A DNA stretch of 64,000 bases, taken from positions 928,001 through 992,000 of the forward strand of contig CAWFFN010000005.1 in the NCBI GenBank assembly GCA_963815115.1, given 5' to 3'. Below are positions 60,486 to 64,000 of the stretch, in pieces (position 1 is the first letter of the stretch; every line of letters starts with the position of its first letter). Below the pieces are notes generated by a model. It worked only from the letters and a program-made list of their open reading frames with translations, was not told where the DNA came from and made no database searches. This stretch comes from an uncultured delta proteobacterium (GTDB lineage Bacteria; Desulfobacterota; Binatia; DP-6). The translations under genes and the position numbers were made by a program.

Positions 60486-61112
60486 ATGAAAAGACGGACA
60501 GCGGGCCGGCGGGTAGGAGTGCCGGCGATCCTGATGGTGTTGGTCTGGAGCGCGCTCTGCAGCGCGACGGCGTTCGCGCAGGCTCCGGGGTGCGTTCCGA
60601 TCGATCAGAACAAGCTGCGCCTGCGCAAGGTGGGCGACAGCGGGACGGGAAACGAGCGCATCCTCTTCCGCGGCGTGTTCGACGTCGACCCCACCGTGAC
60701 GCTCGATCCCGCCACCAACGGACTGCAGTTCCAGATGCTCGGGTCTGCCGCCGGGGCGCTCATCGACGTCACGTTGCCTGGGGTCCGCTTCGACGTCGGT
60801 GGCTTCGGCTGGCTCGCCAACGCGAGCGGGACGGTGTGGAACTGGCGCGATCGCGACGGCCACGTCTCGGGCATCAGACGACTCGTCCTCAAGCGGCACG
60901 GGGCCTCCTCGGCGCGGCTCTCGCTCTTCGGCCAGGAGCTCACCTTCCCGCTTCCCACGCTGCCGATCACGATCCGCGTGCTGCTGCCCGGCGCCGGAGG
61001 GAGCGCGGGGATATGTGGCGAGGAAGTCTTCCCCGACACGGAGTGCTTCTTCCGCAATCAGGGCAACAAGCTGATCTGCCGCACCGAGGGAGGGCGGCAG
61101 CCGATCGAGTGA
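60486..61112 (+). CDS. Secreted hypothetical beta-rich protein
   Basis: GGAGG SD; signal peptide ending AFA; Cys pairs; no catalytic motif. Confidence 0.78.
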   Translation: MKRRTAGRRVGVPAILMVLVWSALCSATAFAQAPGCVPIDQNKLRLRKVGDSGTGNERILFRGVFDVDPTVTLDPATNGLQFQMLGSAAGALIDVTLPGVRFDVGGFGWLANASGTVWNWRDRDGHVSGIRRLVLKRHGASSARLSLFGQELTFPLPTLPITIRVLLPGAGGSAGICGEEVFPDTECFFRNQGNKLICRTEGGRQPIE

Positions 61113-61131
61113 GCAGGACGACTCGGACGAC

Positions 61132-62892
<1,761 letters not shown>

Positions 62893-62978
62893 GGTGGGGT
62901 TCCTCCCTTGCCCGCTCGGTCCAACCGCTCTTTGCTCCCTTGCAGAGTCGGCGGAGAAGCGCAATCAGATCCACCCAG

Positions 62979-63644
62979 ATGACCGTGGACGGGGAGCAAC
63001 GCCGAGGGGCGCCGGAACCGCCGGCCCCCACGACGCACCGGCTGGCCGACGGCACGCTGGTGCGCATCCGTGCCATCGAGCCCGGCGACCGCGAGCGGCT
63101 GCGCAACGGGTTTGCCCGCCTGTCGCCGGAATCGAAGTACCGGCGGTTCTTCGCCGCTCCCGCCACGCTCTCGGAATCCACCCTCGACTACCTCACCCGA
63201 ACCGACGGCTGGAACCATGTGGCGCTCGGCGCCGAGCTGGCCGCGGCGGACGCGGACACGAGCTACGGGCTCGGCATCGCACGCTTCGTGCGCCTGGACG
63301 ACGACCCGACCACCGCCGAGGCCGCCGTGGCCGTGATCGACGAGGTACAGCACAAGGGTCTCGGCCGGCTGCTGCTCGCGGCCCTGATCAGGGCCGCGCA
63401 CGAGCGTGAGCTGACGAAGTTCGTCTGCCACGTGTTGCCCTCGAACGAGCCGGTGAAGAGCATGCTGCAGGAGGTCGACGCGGAAGCGAAGCCGACGCTG
63501 CGCGACGGGCTCCTGGTCTACGAGCTCAGCCTTCCCGAGGTCCTCCCCGAGGGCCCCGACCAGGGTCCGATCTACCGGCTCTTCCGGTTGGCGGCAGCGG
63601 GCCTGCGAGTGATCTTCCCCCGCCTGCCGGCCGCGACCGACTGA
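62979..63644 (+). CDS. GNAT family acetyltransferase
   Basis: LADG..VRIR.I.P.D, LSPES.YRRFF, AE.AVAV.D..Q..GLG, N. Confidence 0.88.
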   Translation: MTVDGEQRRGAPEPPAPTTHRLADGTLVRIRAIEPGDRERLRNGFARLSPESKYRRFFAAPATLSESTLDYLTRTDGWNHVALGAELAAADADTSYGLGIARFVRLDDDPTTAEAAVAVIDEVQHKGLGRLLLAALIRAAHERELTKFVCHVLPSNEPVKSMLQEVDAEAKPTLRDGLLVYELSLPEVLPEGPDQGPIYRLFRLAAAGLRVIFPRLPAATD

Positions 63645-63660
63645 GCGGCGTTCGCCGCGC

Positions 63661-64000
63661 CTACAAGATGAAGCGGGACAGATCCTGGTCTTCGAGGATC
63701 GGTGCCAGCCGCTCGCGCACCATCGCGGCGTCCACGATGACCTCCTGGCCGCTCATCTCGGGTGCGTCGAACGACACCTGATCGAGCAATCGCTCCAGCA
63801 CCGTGTGCAGCCGCCGGGCGCCGATGTTCTCCATGCGCTCGTTCACCTCGGCGGCCATGCGCGCGATCTCGGCGACCGCGTCCTCGCGGAACACGAGCGC
63901 CACGGACTCGGTGGCGAGCAGGGCGGTGTACTGGCGGGTGAGCGCGTTCTCCGGCTCGGTGAGGATGCGGACGAAGTCGGCCTGGGTGAGCGCTTCGAGC
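63661..64000 (-). CDS. hslU: ATP-dependent protease ATPase subunit HslU (3' part; 5' beyond window)
   Basis: [34 protein letters not shown]. Confidence 0.96.
   Translation of the reverse strand, partial: LEALTQADFVRILTEPENALTRQYTALLATESVALVFREDAVAEIARMAAEVNERMENIGARRLHTVLERLLDQVSFDAPEMSGQEVIVDAAMVRERLAPILEDQDLSRFIL

Overview
High-GC (~70% by eye), gene-dense bacterial DNA. The gene content and order (hslU, argBDFGH, dapFAB, folK; Cys-rich secreted proteins) suggest a deltaproteobacterial lineage such as Candidatus Binatia, which is an inference. About 55 CDSs are supportable. I saw no rRNA, tRNA, CRISPR array or transposase. The housekeeping genes are arg/dap biosynthesis, folK, ilvD and the 3' end of hslU. 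Ethylmalonyl-CoA/C2-assimilation-type genes are scattered across the window: mce, mcl, hbd, an Mcd-like dehydrogenase, ccr, pduO and an atypical, split SucCD-like ligase. The most striking accessory system is at 13947-18470. It is an operon of an ECF sigma factor, a zinc anti-sigma with a periplasmic CxxCH heme motif, a MauG/BthA-type diheme enzyme lacking the bridging Trp, a Tat-exported metallophosphoesterase (GEHD variant) and a SoxA/TsdA-like monoheme cytochrome. Other notable parts are a PadR-ABC exporter-KAS III operon, two tandem secreted hydrolases sharing a duplicated ~1.1 kb Cys-rich C-terminal cassette, a PAS-HisKA-REC protein with no ATPase domain, a DNRLRE-collagen surface protein and a vapBC module. 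Two clear single-base homopolymer frameshifts (PadR, DUF6351-like) and one possible one (sigma factor) are probably sequencing errors. All family assignments come from motif recognition; no database searches were run.
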